64,000 nucleotides of DNA. It comes from Heterodontus francisci (lineage: Eukaryota). The notes under the pieces were generated by a model. The model had not been told where the DNA came from and made no database searches. It worked only from the letters and a program-made list of their open reading frames with translations. The stretch covers positions 7,006,001 through 7,070,000 of the forward strand of contig NC_090404.1 in NCBI RefSeq assembly GCF_036365525.1. Direction: 5' to 3'. The translations under genes were made by a program, and so were the position numbers. The number at the start of each line of letters is the position of its first letter. Position 1 is the stretch's first letter. This document shows, in pieces, positions 47,071 through 58,839 of the stretch.

Positions 47071-47769
47071 GCCTCAGTAGAGTTAGTTCTTCCAAATTCA
47101 ATGGGAGGAAAGGCTTCATAAATTTGAACATCTCTGACATTTGTTTCTATTGCTTATTATAATGAAAGAGGATTTTTAAAATAAGAGGATCTGAAAGATT
47201 TAATAGAAGTGAGTCAATCAGATACCGTCGGAGACTTAAAGTTTATTGTGATTGACATTGATTGCAGGCTAACTGTATCACTTCAAAAGTTACACAGAAG
47301 CTTACTTCAGTGGCTTTGTGCCCTCTGCTGTGACCCAGTCCAATAACTGCATCTCAGAGTTTATCACTGCCTGTTATCTTTTGAAAATACTTGAACGAAA
47401 TACTGGTTTTAAACATGAGATTATCATGATGGTTATTTGGAGCAGGAGTCTCGACTTTTCTCCATTTAAATCGCCAAAAGGTCTTCCAGCCTCATCAGAT
47501 CAGAACAGGTGCTGTTCTCTGGTATGTTACAGTCACTTCCTGAAACTGTTTGTTCTGAAAGCGCTCTCAAAATCAGACCAATTTCATTCAATAATTATCT
47601 GATGCTTAACATTTTTAAATATTATTAATTCATTAAAATTTGGCCATGAAAGAATATTAATACCAATTAATATGCGTTGTTTAATCTGGGCAATGGAACG
47701 ATTTATTTTCATATATCTGGGTCAAGAACTCACAAGTTCTAAGTTAGATGCAGATTAAGGATGCTTGGA

Positions 47770-48170
47770 ACACTGGGGAAAACACTCTCAGGTCAGGTAC
47801 AGGAAAGATAAGCGATCGAGTAAAGACCCCCTTGTACGGCCCTGTCATGAGCTGTAAGGTCAGACATCGCAAGTGTTATATTCGGAGGAAAGCCGCCTCT
47901 ACACTACACTGTCGCTCCGGGTCAGGTACAGCACTAGTTTAATATTTAAAAAAATAGTTCCCTCTACGCTGTCCCATCAAATACATCCAGGACAGGTTGA
48001 ACCAGGTTTAGGTACAGAGTAATTTCTCCCTCTACCCTTGCCTCATCAAACGGATCCAGGATAGTTACAGTATGCATTAAGTATGCAGTAAAGCTTCCCC
48101 TACATTGCCGAATCAAACACTCCCAAGGGAGGTACATTGCTGATTACAAACTGACCAAATATCCTTCTAC
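47770..48170 (+). repeat. ~63-bp tandem repeat, degenerate, in the J-C intron
   Basis: CCCATCAAA...GGTTAGGTACAGAGTAA units. Confidence 0.65.
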
Positions 48171-48609
48171 AGTCTGTCTGTCGTGTCGCTGAAGTGTTAT
48201 TTCCGATTGTCACAGACTGGAATACTGATCTCATTGCTGAGGCGCCTCATCAAACTTAAAGTCAAAACTTTAGGTTTCTCACAGATACAAGCTTCTTAAA
48301 TAAATGGATCAAGTTGCAGGAGAACGAATCAGACTGTTTACCACCTGTAGGGAGGGCTCCTCGTCCCGACACAGTAAGCAGGCGCACAGAAACTGAACAG
48401 GCACAAACGATGCAACAATCGGGCTCTCAGCAGATAGATCTGTTCAATCTGTCAATTTCAATGAAGCTGTTTGATTCTAATTTATCAATTGTCAAATTGT
48501 GACCATTCCAAGTCTGTAAGCTCTTTGAAATTAAACTGATAGTCATTTCCAAAACTCCCTTCGACCTCCAAATGTTTCTCCCTGTCTGTTTGCAATCTTA
48601 AAAACGTGT

Positions 48610-49518
48610 ATGAAAATTCTGAAGGAGAGAATCTATCTCCACTTGGCGAGGCAAAATTTGATTAGGTTATGGTCAGCATGGCGATGTCAAATGGAATTTA
48701 ACGCTGAAAAGTGTGAGGTGATACACTTTGGAAGGAATAATGTGATACGGAAGTATTCAATGAATGACCTGACACTGGGAAGTTCTGAGGAATAAAGGGA
48801 CCTTGGCGTGTTTGTCCATAGAACTCTGAAGGAAGAAGGGCAGGTTAATAGGGTGGTGAAAAAGGCATATGGGACACTTGCCTTTCTCAATCGAGGCATA
48901 GATTACAAAAGCAGGGAGGACATGTTGGAGTTGTACAGAACTTTGGTCAGGCCACACTGGAGTACTGTGTGCAATTCTGGTCGCCACATTATAGGAAGGA
49001 TGTGATTGCACTGGAGGGGGTGCAGAGGCGATTCACCAGGATGTTGCCTGGGATAGAACATTTAAGCTATGGAGAGAGGTTGGATCGGCTTGGGTTGTTT
49101 TCGCTGGAGCAGAGAAGACTGAGGGGTGACCTGATCGAGGTGTACAAGATTATGAGGGGCATGGACAGGGTGTGAAGGGAGCATCTGTTACCCTTAGTTG
49201 AAGGGTCCATTACGAGGGGACAGTAGTTTAAGGTGAGGGGTGGGAGGTTTAAGGGGGATCTGAGGAAGAACTTACTTTTTTACCCAGAGGATGGTGACGT
49301 TCTGGAAGGCCACTGCCTGGGTGGGTTGTCGAGGCCGGTTGCCTCACATCCTTTAAAAAGTACCTGGATGAGCATTTGGCACGTCACAACATTCAAGGCG
49401 ATGGGCCACGTGCTGGCAAATGGGATTAGGTAGACAAATCAAGTGCCATTAATGCATCAGTGCAGACTCAATGGGCCGAATGGCCTCTTCTGCACTGTAT
49501 TATTCTGTGATTCTGTGA
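48610..49518 (+). mobile_element. CR1 LINE 3' fragment
   Basis: QMEFNAEKCEV...[11 protein letters not shown]...[11 protein letters not shown]; ATTCTGTG tail. Confidence 0.85.
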
Positions 49519-52491
49519 GAAAGTTTCCCTTAAAATGAGTACACCAAAACAATCCACATTCAGGAAACTTTGATGTCGGTGACAGGAACTCAGTGACAGA
49601 TAAAGAATTTAGCAAATCAGGAGACATTTAATTGCAAACAGATTACCCACTGGTTTGATACAATTTCAGAACTAAATGTTATCAAAAAAGCATTGAAGCA
49701 ATACACAAAGTTAATTAAAATCAGCGGTGAAACCTTATCGAGCTGAGAACAGCTGAGTAAGAAATGTGTTGTTCTCTAAATTATTTTTGGACATCATTCA
49801 AAATTCTCTCCGGCCCTTGCTATTTTGCACTCATTGGACTCCTGGGAGGTCACTTATGTTTACTGAATTAGCGCTATTATATTCTAGGTTAATATTTAGG
49901 TTACCTGATTTTACACTGTAATTTTGAGCATTAGTTAATATTAATTCAAGACCAATTTCTGTGAAATTATCGGATTTTAATTAAATTAATATGACATTTA
50001 ATCAATATTAAATAATAGACGTCATATTGATCGATGAAAACATTCAGACAAATATATTACTTAATCGAATCACAGTTCAATAATTTAAAATGAACAATAA
50101 TTTCTACTTCGGCCCTGCTTTCAATCTACAAACTTGGAAACTGCGCATGTATCTGAATGTGTTGATATATCATAAACTCTGTCTAATCTCAGCGAGTATT
50201 TCACACGATGGATTTAAGAGTGGAATATTTTAAATAGTTTCAAGCCAGGCCAGGGTCACATCTCACTAACTGTTCATGGGCTGTAACATCCCCTGTTTGT
50301 GAAAGCAGGACTCTGGTGTTTAAATATTGTCATAAATCTTAACCATCTAAGAAAAAAATCAAAAACATCCGGACAGTTTGCGATCAGGAACTGTGCTGCC
50401 TCTATTTAATCAGACAATGTTTTTATACTTTATTCTCGTAATGCACACAATCCCCGTAAATTAATTGGTAAATATATTCTGTTTTTTTTTATTGAAAGAA
50501 GCTCCAAAATGATCACTGTAAAATTGGACAGAGAATAATTCTTTCAGATCATCTGCGACATTTCAAACTTAATGAACAAATGTAACCCAGATTTTGCTGA
50601 TCAATTTAATATTTCATAAGAATTAAGCATAACTCTCAGGTATAATCTGTTCTTTGTCTATAATTCTATCCTGTGTGCAGCATACCGATGGGAGACAGGA
50701 TTTTGTTACTGAATTAAAAACTAACATTAACCTTTTGTAATTAATTGAATCTGCTTGAATTTCAAGGGGTTATTTGTTTGCCTCCAGCCTTACGCAGTTT
50801 GCAAGTTTCTTCAATTTAAACAAAATCATATCTGCAATACTTTGACTGCCAGCAACTTCCTGTCTCAGGAAAATTGTTAATATTAGATTAGTAATAATTA
50901 TCTCACTATCCAACAACAAATGACATTTAAGGAAGAACATGGTTTGGGCTGCACGCAAAGAATGTAATAACCGGACAGATATATTACACTGACAAACTGC
51001 AATTTACAACTCCTATTGAAGTTAGAAGTCAAGACAAGCTGTAATTCACTTGTTTTAATCAGAAATATAACAATTAATTCAAAATCGTTCATCAAACTGA
51101 ACACAGCACTAGAATAAGTACACTCTTATTGAAATAATTTCAAGCATAAATTAAAATTGTCTCCAGCCCATAACATTTCTGGTCACGATAATTGTGCACA
51201 TGGCACCCCAGAACTGTGAAAGTCGATTAATGAATAATGAATCGATGTTAATATTAAAGCATATTTGGTTTATCTGATGAGATATTGCCGCATTAAAACT
51301 GTTTGAATTACATTAACTTTACTCTCCAATCTGCAAACCTTCTAATTATGCAGTTTGTAATTGCAGTAACATTTCACGGACTTTCACGTCACAGACCATG
51401 GCTTAATAGTTTAACCTGTAATTATCAGTTAAATTTTTAAAATGCCATGAAATATCTTAAAATATTATTTCTCATTTCTTTCAAACAGTTTTAAACACGT
51501 AGAACGTTTCAATTCGATCAGAAAACCTGCAGCCGCTCGCTCGAGATTAAACAATGTAGAAACACCAAACTGTTTCACAAATTTTACTTATTCAAAGTAA
51601 CACACTCTCTTCAACAGATGAACACCAAATCACATCACTGAGGAACTGAATCCCGCCACAGTACATTTCATGGAGAAGCAGCTTAATTCTACAAATAATA
51701 CCAGCAGAATGAAATGCAATATTGCAAAAAAAAAATCTCAATGCAGAATCCACCGAGCTCGCCTACACCTGAACTAACTAATTATTAAAATGATCAGATA
51801 TTTGAAACAATGGTCGCAGAATTGTTAGTAGACAGAACATGTTTAATAAATTATTATGAGCCAATGGCATAATCCATTGATATTGGCTGATATCACTGCA
51901 TTATAATAACGAAGATTATATTAATTTAAATCTGACCAAAGCTGCAAGTTTGTGATTTATGAAGCTTTTAATTACATCAACATTTATTGTACTACATGTG
52001 AGCATTCCTGAGCAGTAGATTGACAGATGGCAATTTAATTACCACAAATATGAATCAAAATATTGTAAGACTATTCTTAACCATTGAAGCTTTCTGCCTA
52101 TACTTTTATTTCAAACATATTTAAACACTTATTGTTTGCGCTAGACTAGAAAACCTGCAGCGACTAAATGTCAGCAAGTTGATCAGCAGAAATGTCGAAC
52201 AGTTTAACAACAGTTCGGTATTTAAAGTAGCACAGACACACCGTCTCATCAACAAATATACACCAAATCACATCAAACAGTAACTGAATCCTTCAACAGC
52301 ACAGAGAAGCTGTGGAGAAGCCGTTAAATTCTCTAATCCCTTTGCAGCAAAATCACATGAAACATTGCACCAAATCTCAATACAGAATCCACCGACTCCA
52401 CATTTCAGTGAACTAAGGTATCGTTAAAATAAACAGAAATATAAATAAAAACACGAATAAAACAGTTACTGAATAAATGCATGTTTCTTAC

Positions 52492-52539
52492 CTGCAGTCA
52501 CCGTCACCATGGTCCCTTGTCCCCAGTAGCCCATGGCGT
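52492..52539 (-). CDS. IGHJ: JH segment (AMGYWGQGTMVTVTA)
   Basis: WGQG motif; GTAAGA donor at 52491. Confidence 0.95.
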
Positions 52540-52578
52540 CACAGTGTTACATTCCCTGGGCTGGGTCACACAATAACC
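52540..52578 (+). other. JH 23-RSS
   Basis: CACAGTG - 23 nt - ACAATAACC. Confidence 0.92.
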
Positions 52579-52904
52579 GGCTCTGCACAGAATAGAGAGA
52601 AATCCATCATTATTTTAAATATCCATACCCCAGAGGCAAAATAAAATCTTGATGGTTCTTTGTAAAATTATAACTGCGTTAATGATTCTTTTCACTCTTT
52701 ATAATTTTCCCTGATGTTTTATATTTCACACAGTAACATATCAGCAATTATTGAAATCACCAACTGATGAATGAATAATTAATCCGTTTATCCATAATAA
52801 ACCGTGCTCGGAGGATAGTGCTGGACACAAATAGAACTTCACTGTATATATCGTTGGATTGTTAAAGCGAGCACTGACCCAGACTCATCAATTAGTGCTG
52901 AGGG

Positions 52905-52973
52905 AGTTTTTGTATTGACAGTAACTGCTGTGCCACCCAGTATATCACAGTGAACCACATTGTGTAAAATACT
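52905..52973 (-). other. DH2 segment (coding 52933-52945, ATATACTGGGTGG) with 12/12 RSS
   Basis: J-side CACAGCA-12-ACAAAAACT; V-side CACAGTG-12-TAAAATACT. Confidence 0.88.
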
Positions 52974-53287
52974 GCGGTGGACTGTTAACTGTAAAATACA
53001 GAGATTAAATTCCACAGCGTCCTCAAAAACCTGATTCCGACTCCCCTCCGAGTATATCAGTAAGATAATTCAGTTTATACCCGTCATTATATTTATAAAG
53101 GGGATTTGAATACTTTTGAAGCTTCTGTACTGATTTAGCGTGACAGTCAGCACTAATTACGCAGGAGACTTTTATACATTTTTACAAATCTATATTATAT
53201 TTCCCCAGTATTTTTATTTAACCCTCATTCTTTATGGACCATCTACCGTGTTAAGTGATCACTGGTTTGTGCAAACTCCCTGTATGG

Positions 53288-53367
53288 GGTTTTTGTATGA
53301 GGAATTCGCTCTGTACAGCACCGTGACCCACTGCTGTACCCACAGTGAATGAACCTGCACAAATACT
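53288..53367 (-). other. DH1 segment (coding 53326-53340, GGTACAGCAGTGGGT) with 12-type/22 RSS
   Basis: J-side CACGGTG-22-ACAAAAACC; V-side CACAGTG-11-ACAAATACT. Confidence 0.9.
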
Positions 53368-53751
53368 GCACTCACTCTCTGTTCAGTACTGCCTCTCACC
53401 ATTCACTTCATATAGAAATCCATTTCTGATCTAGTTCGGAATATATCCAAAAGTTTACACCACGCAGTAGGAAGTGACTCCAAGTAACTCGCTCCAGGTC
53501 TCAGTCACCTTAAAACTAACATCTTATCCAGATCTGCAATTGCCGATACTGTTAACATTAAAAATCAGCACAGCCAAAATTACTCATCAGTACTTCGATC
53601 AGTGTCTTAGATTTGAACCATTGAATTTTCACTGTGCTAGTTGTGTAAGAGACGGTCTCTGGTCTGTTTCTGAACACTGCCGTTAATATTGTATTTAATA
53701 CAATTACTGACCGTTAGATTATGATGGAAGTTCTTGAATTCCCTCTCCATG

Positions 53752-53790
53752 TGTTATTGTACGGGTCCAGCCCTGGTTCTTCTCATTGTG
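53752..53790 (-). other. VH 23-RSS
   Basis: CACAATG - 23 nt - ACAATAACA. Confidence 0.88.
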
Positions 53791-54095
53791 CTCTCTGGCA
53801 CAGTAATAAATGGCGGTGTCTTCGGTCTTCAGTTTCTTCATGTCCAAAGCGAAGATGTTTTTTGAAGTGTCTTTGGACGCAGTAAATCGATCTTTAATCT
53901 CTGGGGCGTAAGCATTGTTAGATGAACTATAGTAGCTAACCAGCCACTCCAGCCCCTGTCCGGGAACCTGTCGGATCCAGTACATCCTGTAGCTGCTAAG
54001 AGTGAACCCGCTGGTTTTACAGGTCAGTCTCAGGGAGCCTCCTGGTTTCCCGGTCTCTGCCTCTGACTGAGTCAACACGACATCCGAATGGACAC
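53791..54095 (-). CDS. IGHV: VH exon (cluster B), unrearranged and open
   Basis: [52 protein letters not shown]...[10 protein letters not shown]. Confidence 0.97.
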
Positions 54096-54201
54096 CTGTA
54101 AAAAATATTTAAAAACCCGAGGATTAATCCTGGTGAAATAATTCCTGACTCTGTAACATTCCAGAGAGAGACTAACACTGAGACGGTAACAGTCTACTCA
54201 C

Positions 54202-54247
54202 GGGATAAGAAAACCAGCAACAGACTGAGAGAAATCGCCGACCTCAT
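54202..54247 (-). CDS. IGHV: VH leader exon (MRSAISLSLLLVFLS)
   Basis: ATG at 54247; phase-1 GTGAGT donor at 54201; 106-nt intron. Confidence 0.93.
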
Positions 54248-54338
54248 CCTTCTGGCAATTCAGGGAAAATGGTTCTGGTAAGAACTCACTGAACAAATCC
54301 ACTCCCGGACTGTTGTATTGTGGTCCCAGTGACCGGCA

Positions 54339-54460
54339 TTTAAATACCCGACAGAAGGGGGCGAGGTTATAGGCGCCGCCTATTGATTCCCTGATAGAGG
54401 CGGTTACTGGATCCACGTCCCACCTTCCACATCACTAACAGAATGGACTCATATCATGAC
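54339..54460 (-). promoter_or_regulatory. VH promoter: TATA-like box and TCR-like decamer, no octamer
   Basis: TATTTAAA 54339-54346; AGTGATGTGG 54427-54436; no ATGCAAAT seen nearby. Confidence 0.55.
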
Positions 54461-56042
54461 ACTGGGATATTATTAAATGTGAACTTTTTATCTGCATCCA
54501 GGGATAGCGATTTGACTTTATGGTTTTAATGCTGTATTACGTGGTAGTAAATGGAGATATTGCAGTTGAGTATGTGTTCAGTAATAAATAATTGCATTGT
54601 GGGCTGTAAATTAGATCTCTTTATTTCCTCAACTCTTCACAGGGGATGTGAATCTCTCAGGTTAAATTACATTACCAGGGTCTAAAGTGACTGTTAATGT
54701 GTGTCAATCCATCTCTCTATATCTATCCCTTCAGTCTATACCAATAATTTGTTAGCAATTTATGCAACTGAATGCGGGATATTAGTAAAGTGATTCTATT
54801 TGCAATGTGAATAACTGTAGTTACACGATTTAAGACCAGAGTGATTAGAAACGCCTAACATTATAAAAGTATCTCTCTCTCTCTGTATTTCTCGAATTGC
54901 TCCTGACTCTGTGACTCTCAGACAGCCCTTTGAAAATTGGCTGGAAAGGAAGTCCGCTTGCTTGATAATTAAGGAGTCAGAAGTAAAATTCAGATTATTT
55001 TTCGAAAAAGGGAATCCAGTGAATCAGAACCGAAACGGCGATCAACAAATCTACTCTCCGGCACCCAAATCATTGCAGCTAACTTTAATAGCAACAGTGC
55101 AATATACACTGGTTTCAGGAGCACAGTGAATCAGGAATTCACGCCATACTACAGAATATCACAAGAATAAACGTTTTATCAACTGTGGAAACGAATCGCA
55201 AACTGAGCATTTCTCTCCCCATTGTCTGTCTCATGTCTGGCTATGAGAGGGCTTGTTAAACAATCCAAATCATCATAAATTAAACTGTACATTACGCAAC
55301 TGTTATCAGTAATGGAGGAGTCTTTATTTGTTTGTGATTGACAGCTCTGTGAGAAAATTCAAGGAAATGCAGCGGATTCAAGGCAATTCCACCTATTTAT
55401 TTATTTACTTTGCGGTTCCCAATCTCTCAATACGGAATGTCGGGTCATTAAAATCTCTCTCTAGAACTTTATGCAATACGGAATAAATGGTCTTAATTAT
55501 CTAGAATTATATTTAATTGTCGCGTGGGTCAATTTATTATTTTGAACTCCCATTTTATCATGATCTGAGCACTAAATTTACAGAAAATCATTCTTTTGAT
55601 GTGATGCCACGTAAAATGCTTTCTTTTTTTGCAAGGGCGCCGCTGTATAAGTTAATGTTTAAATGGTTAAATCACATATTTTCCCATTCATATTCACGCT
55701 AATCTGCCCTCACAGTATTTGGCAGCAATCCAGTCAGGGAGGCTCGAACACCCAATGTTATTTACAGGAAGCATCTGTGGGTTCTGTGCAGTAAATCAAA
55801 GAACTGTTTCCTCATTACTAACGGCTTGGCTGCAAGCCAACTTCAAATCCTTAACATCGTCAATGAAGCCTATTCATAAACAAATCTACCCAGCAACAAC
55901 ACTGGAGTCAATTATATTTTTTCAGTTGTGGAACTATGTGAACTGTTCCCATCTCAGAAAAGGAAATGAATCCAGTGTCACAGCCACCCTGTTCGTGAAA
56001 ACAGTCCACTGGGGAACCTGTCCAGCACATCAACACATTGTA

Positions 56043-56060
56043 ATAGATAGATAGATAAAC

Positions 56061-56099
<39 letters not shown>

Positions 56100-56100
56100 G
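56043..56100. repeat. (AGAT)n(AGAC)n compound microsatellite
   Basis: Direct reading. Confidence 0.9.
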
Positions 56101-58296
56101 ATAGTCTCAGAGAGAAAGAGAGGATGCATTCTGAAATAGATAAATATGCTTGTTTCTGTGGATGGAGGGACAGCTGCAGTGATGTAGGAATGGATGGATA
56201 GTTGGATGTCTGATTGTTATGTTTAAAGGGCCGATGAACAGATTGGACATATGGATAGATGGGCAGGAAATATACTGTTCTACATTCACATCTTTGTGAT
56301 CGACTGCTCCTGACATGAAGCAGCCCGTTTCCTACATTTGCGTCAGTCTGAAGCCTCAGTCCTTCCCGATTTTCTGGTTCATTTCTACCTCGAGGGTACC
56401 CAGAACTAATAAGATCAATTCACCAAGAAAATTCTAGAGATGTCACTGCGGGACTGATGATCCTTCTCTGCTGCTGGTAAATTTTCGTCTCAAACATATA
56501 AAGGGAGAATATGGCTGTGTTCAGAGGAGACGATTGTAATATTTCTGAACATGTGGTCCTTTCATGTACAACTAAGCTCTCAATATATCCTCACCCGAAT
56601 TACTTCAGTCAAAGCAGAAATATAGCAAACCATTGGACACAATGTTTTCCACTTCCCAACGTAAACACTTATTTCTCTGAGAATGTTCCAGTCATACCAT
56701 TCCAAACAGCACGGATCCAAAGGTATATGAATTGTAACGTTCTTTACCGCCATATATTCATTGTAAGTCATTGCCACAGTAAAATATATCCTGTGGGTAT
56801 TACACACTGTGGTCACAATTTCAAATGTCCTTAAATCCTTTAACAACACTCCCCAGAGCCTCTCTATTCAGTCTATGAATACACTAAATGAACTGTTCAC
56901 GAGTTCAGTATTTCAGTGTGATTTAATCAGGTTGATGATAGAGGGTCACTGTGATAAGAAACTAAGAAATAGGAACAGGAGTCGGCCATTCAGCCCTTCG
57001 AGCCTGGTCCGCCATTCAACAAGATCATAAGATCATATGGTTGTGGCCTTAACTCCACTTTCCTGCCTGTCCCCCATAACTCTTGTCTCCCTCCAACAGT
57101 ATGAGAACAGAAGAATTAGGCGCAGGATGGAGACATGTGGTTGGAATGGACATGATATATCAACCGGACAGAGCTGAGTCGGTGATGTTGGTGATTTCAA
57201 TCACAGTTTTGAGGATGATTCTCAGGCCAGTGCTCGACAGCATGAGGTTAATGCAGAATCCTGCTTCTCAACCGGTTGCACATCTGTTTTAGGCTTGTTT
57301 AGTGTCAGGAGAACTGCAGTATGGATATAAAGCGTCCAATAAGATACCAGTGTGGAAATATTCAGTAATTAGCTTTCCCCACAAATTTCTGCTCCGAATT
57401 TATACCTTGACACCCTTTCCGAATGCTCTAACTCCCTGCAAAATGTATTGTTCATGATGAGGTATAATTGGTGATATGTATTTAGGGGAATGGCGCCGAC
57501 TTTATCATTCTTGATTGACTCCTCCGCCTTGTGGAAGAGGCTGTCTCCCACAATATAAAATTATTAATCTGGTTTGAGAACAGTTCCCATTCCCGCTACC
57601 AGGAGTAACAAACTGTCTCTGCGCCAACTGACAGAAACAGATCGACGGAGAGACATTTCTAGATCAATCGATATTTCCCTCTTGTACAAGGAGGAGGGGT
57701 CAATCGGGTTTAAGATTCAAAACAAATGATATTTCTCAATATTTCTGTTCTTCATCGAGTTTCCCAAACATGAGATGTTTCTCAATCCATTGATGGTTCC
57801 AATCTATTGATAGATCCACAACCATGAATTTTCTCAAACAATTGATAGTTTGCAACCAACTGATGTCTCTCCATCAATGAATCCCAATTCTTTCACCACT
57901 CTCAATCGATTGATGTATCTCAATCTATTAATGATCACCAAATATTTAACGATTCTCAGTCCACTGAAGTTTCCTTTGTAGAAAATGGCCGACTTTGTCC
58001 ACATAGCCTTTGAATTATTGTGAAGTTCTGGATTACCTACTAAATGATTGATTGATACAGTACAATTCCAGAATGGCAGAGCTTTTCTGGTGTTGGATTC
58101 AAGGTCACACCCACAGTCAGTGTCTGTACTACCGGTCATACAGTACATAACGGGGGGATACCTGAGAGGTCTGGACTCAGTCTGATTTAACACTGTATCG
58201 AGATCAAAAGTTCAACTGTTGAATGCCTGGAGTTCTATTTCCCTATTCCACCCTGATCTATATTTTAATTAGCATTGACACTTGATCATCAGCCAC

Positions 58297-58770
58297 AGAT
58301 CAGTTGGTAGCACCTTGCCCTCTCAGGTTTCAGTTTCAAGCCCTACTCCAGGACGTGAACACAAAAATGACACTGACTCTCCAGTCGAGTGCTGCACTGT
58401 CAGAGATACCATTTTAAGGATGGGACATGAAACCGAGGCGCTGTCTGCCCTCTCAGGTGTAAAAGATCCCATGGCACTATTTCGAACTAGTGCAATGGAG
58501 TTATCCCCGGTGTCCTGATCAATATTTATCCCACAACCAACATCACAAAAACAGATTATCTGGTCATTATCGCATTGCTATTTGTGGAGGGGCCGAATGG
58601 CCTACTCCTGCTCCTAATTCGTGTGCTCGTATGTTTGTTGTGTGAAATTGGCCACTGTACTTCCTACATTACAGAAGTGACGACACTTCACAAGTAGTTC
58701 ATTGACTGTAAAGCTTTTGAGACGTCCTGTGGTCGTGAAAGGCGCTATATAAATGCAACGTCTTTCTTTT
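58297..58770 (+). mobile_element. Deu-domain SINE (SacSINE1/AmnSINE-like)
   Basis: GATCCCATGGCACTATTTCGAA...CCCCGGTGTCCTGATCAATATTTATCCC core; L2-like tail GAAAGGCGCTATATAAATGCA; a matching tail lies on the minus strand at about 17585-17690. Confidence 0.7.
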
Positions 58771-58839
58771 GTTCTTTTTATTAACAATAGATGTTAAAAA
58801 AGGAGTGTTGGAATGAGCCAGGAACTCATACACTCCTAG

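Noticed and set aside
43936-52491. Mammalian-type switch region or E-mu enhancer in the J-C intron
   Set aside because: No G-rich or AGCT tandem array is visible; scattered E-box and ETS motifs (e.g. 47500-47550) are too common to call.
55780-56030. Minus-strand VAVTLD...IYC pattern after a microsatellite, resembling a third TCR V
   Set aside because: No first Cys or WYRQ, wrong spacing and no RSS nonamer.
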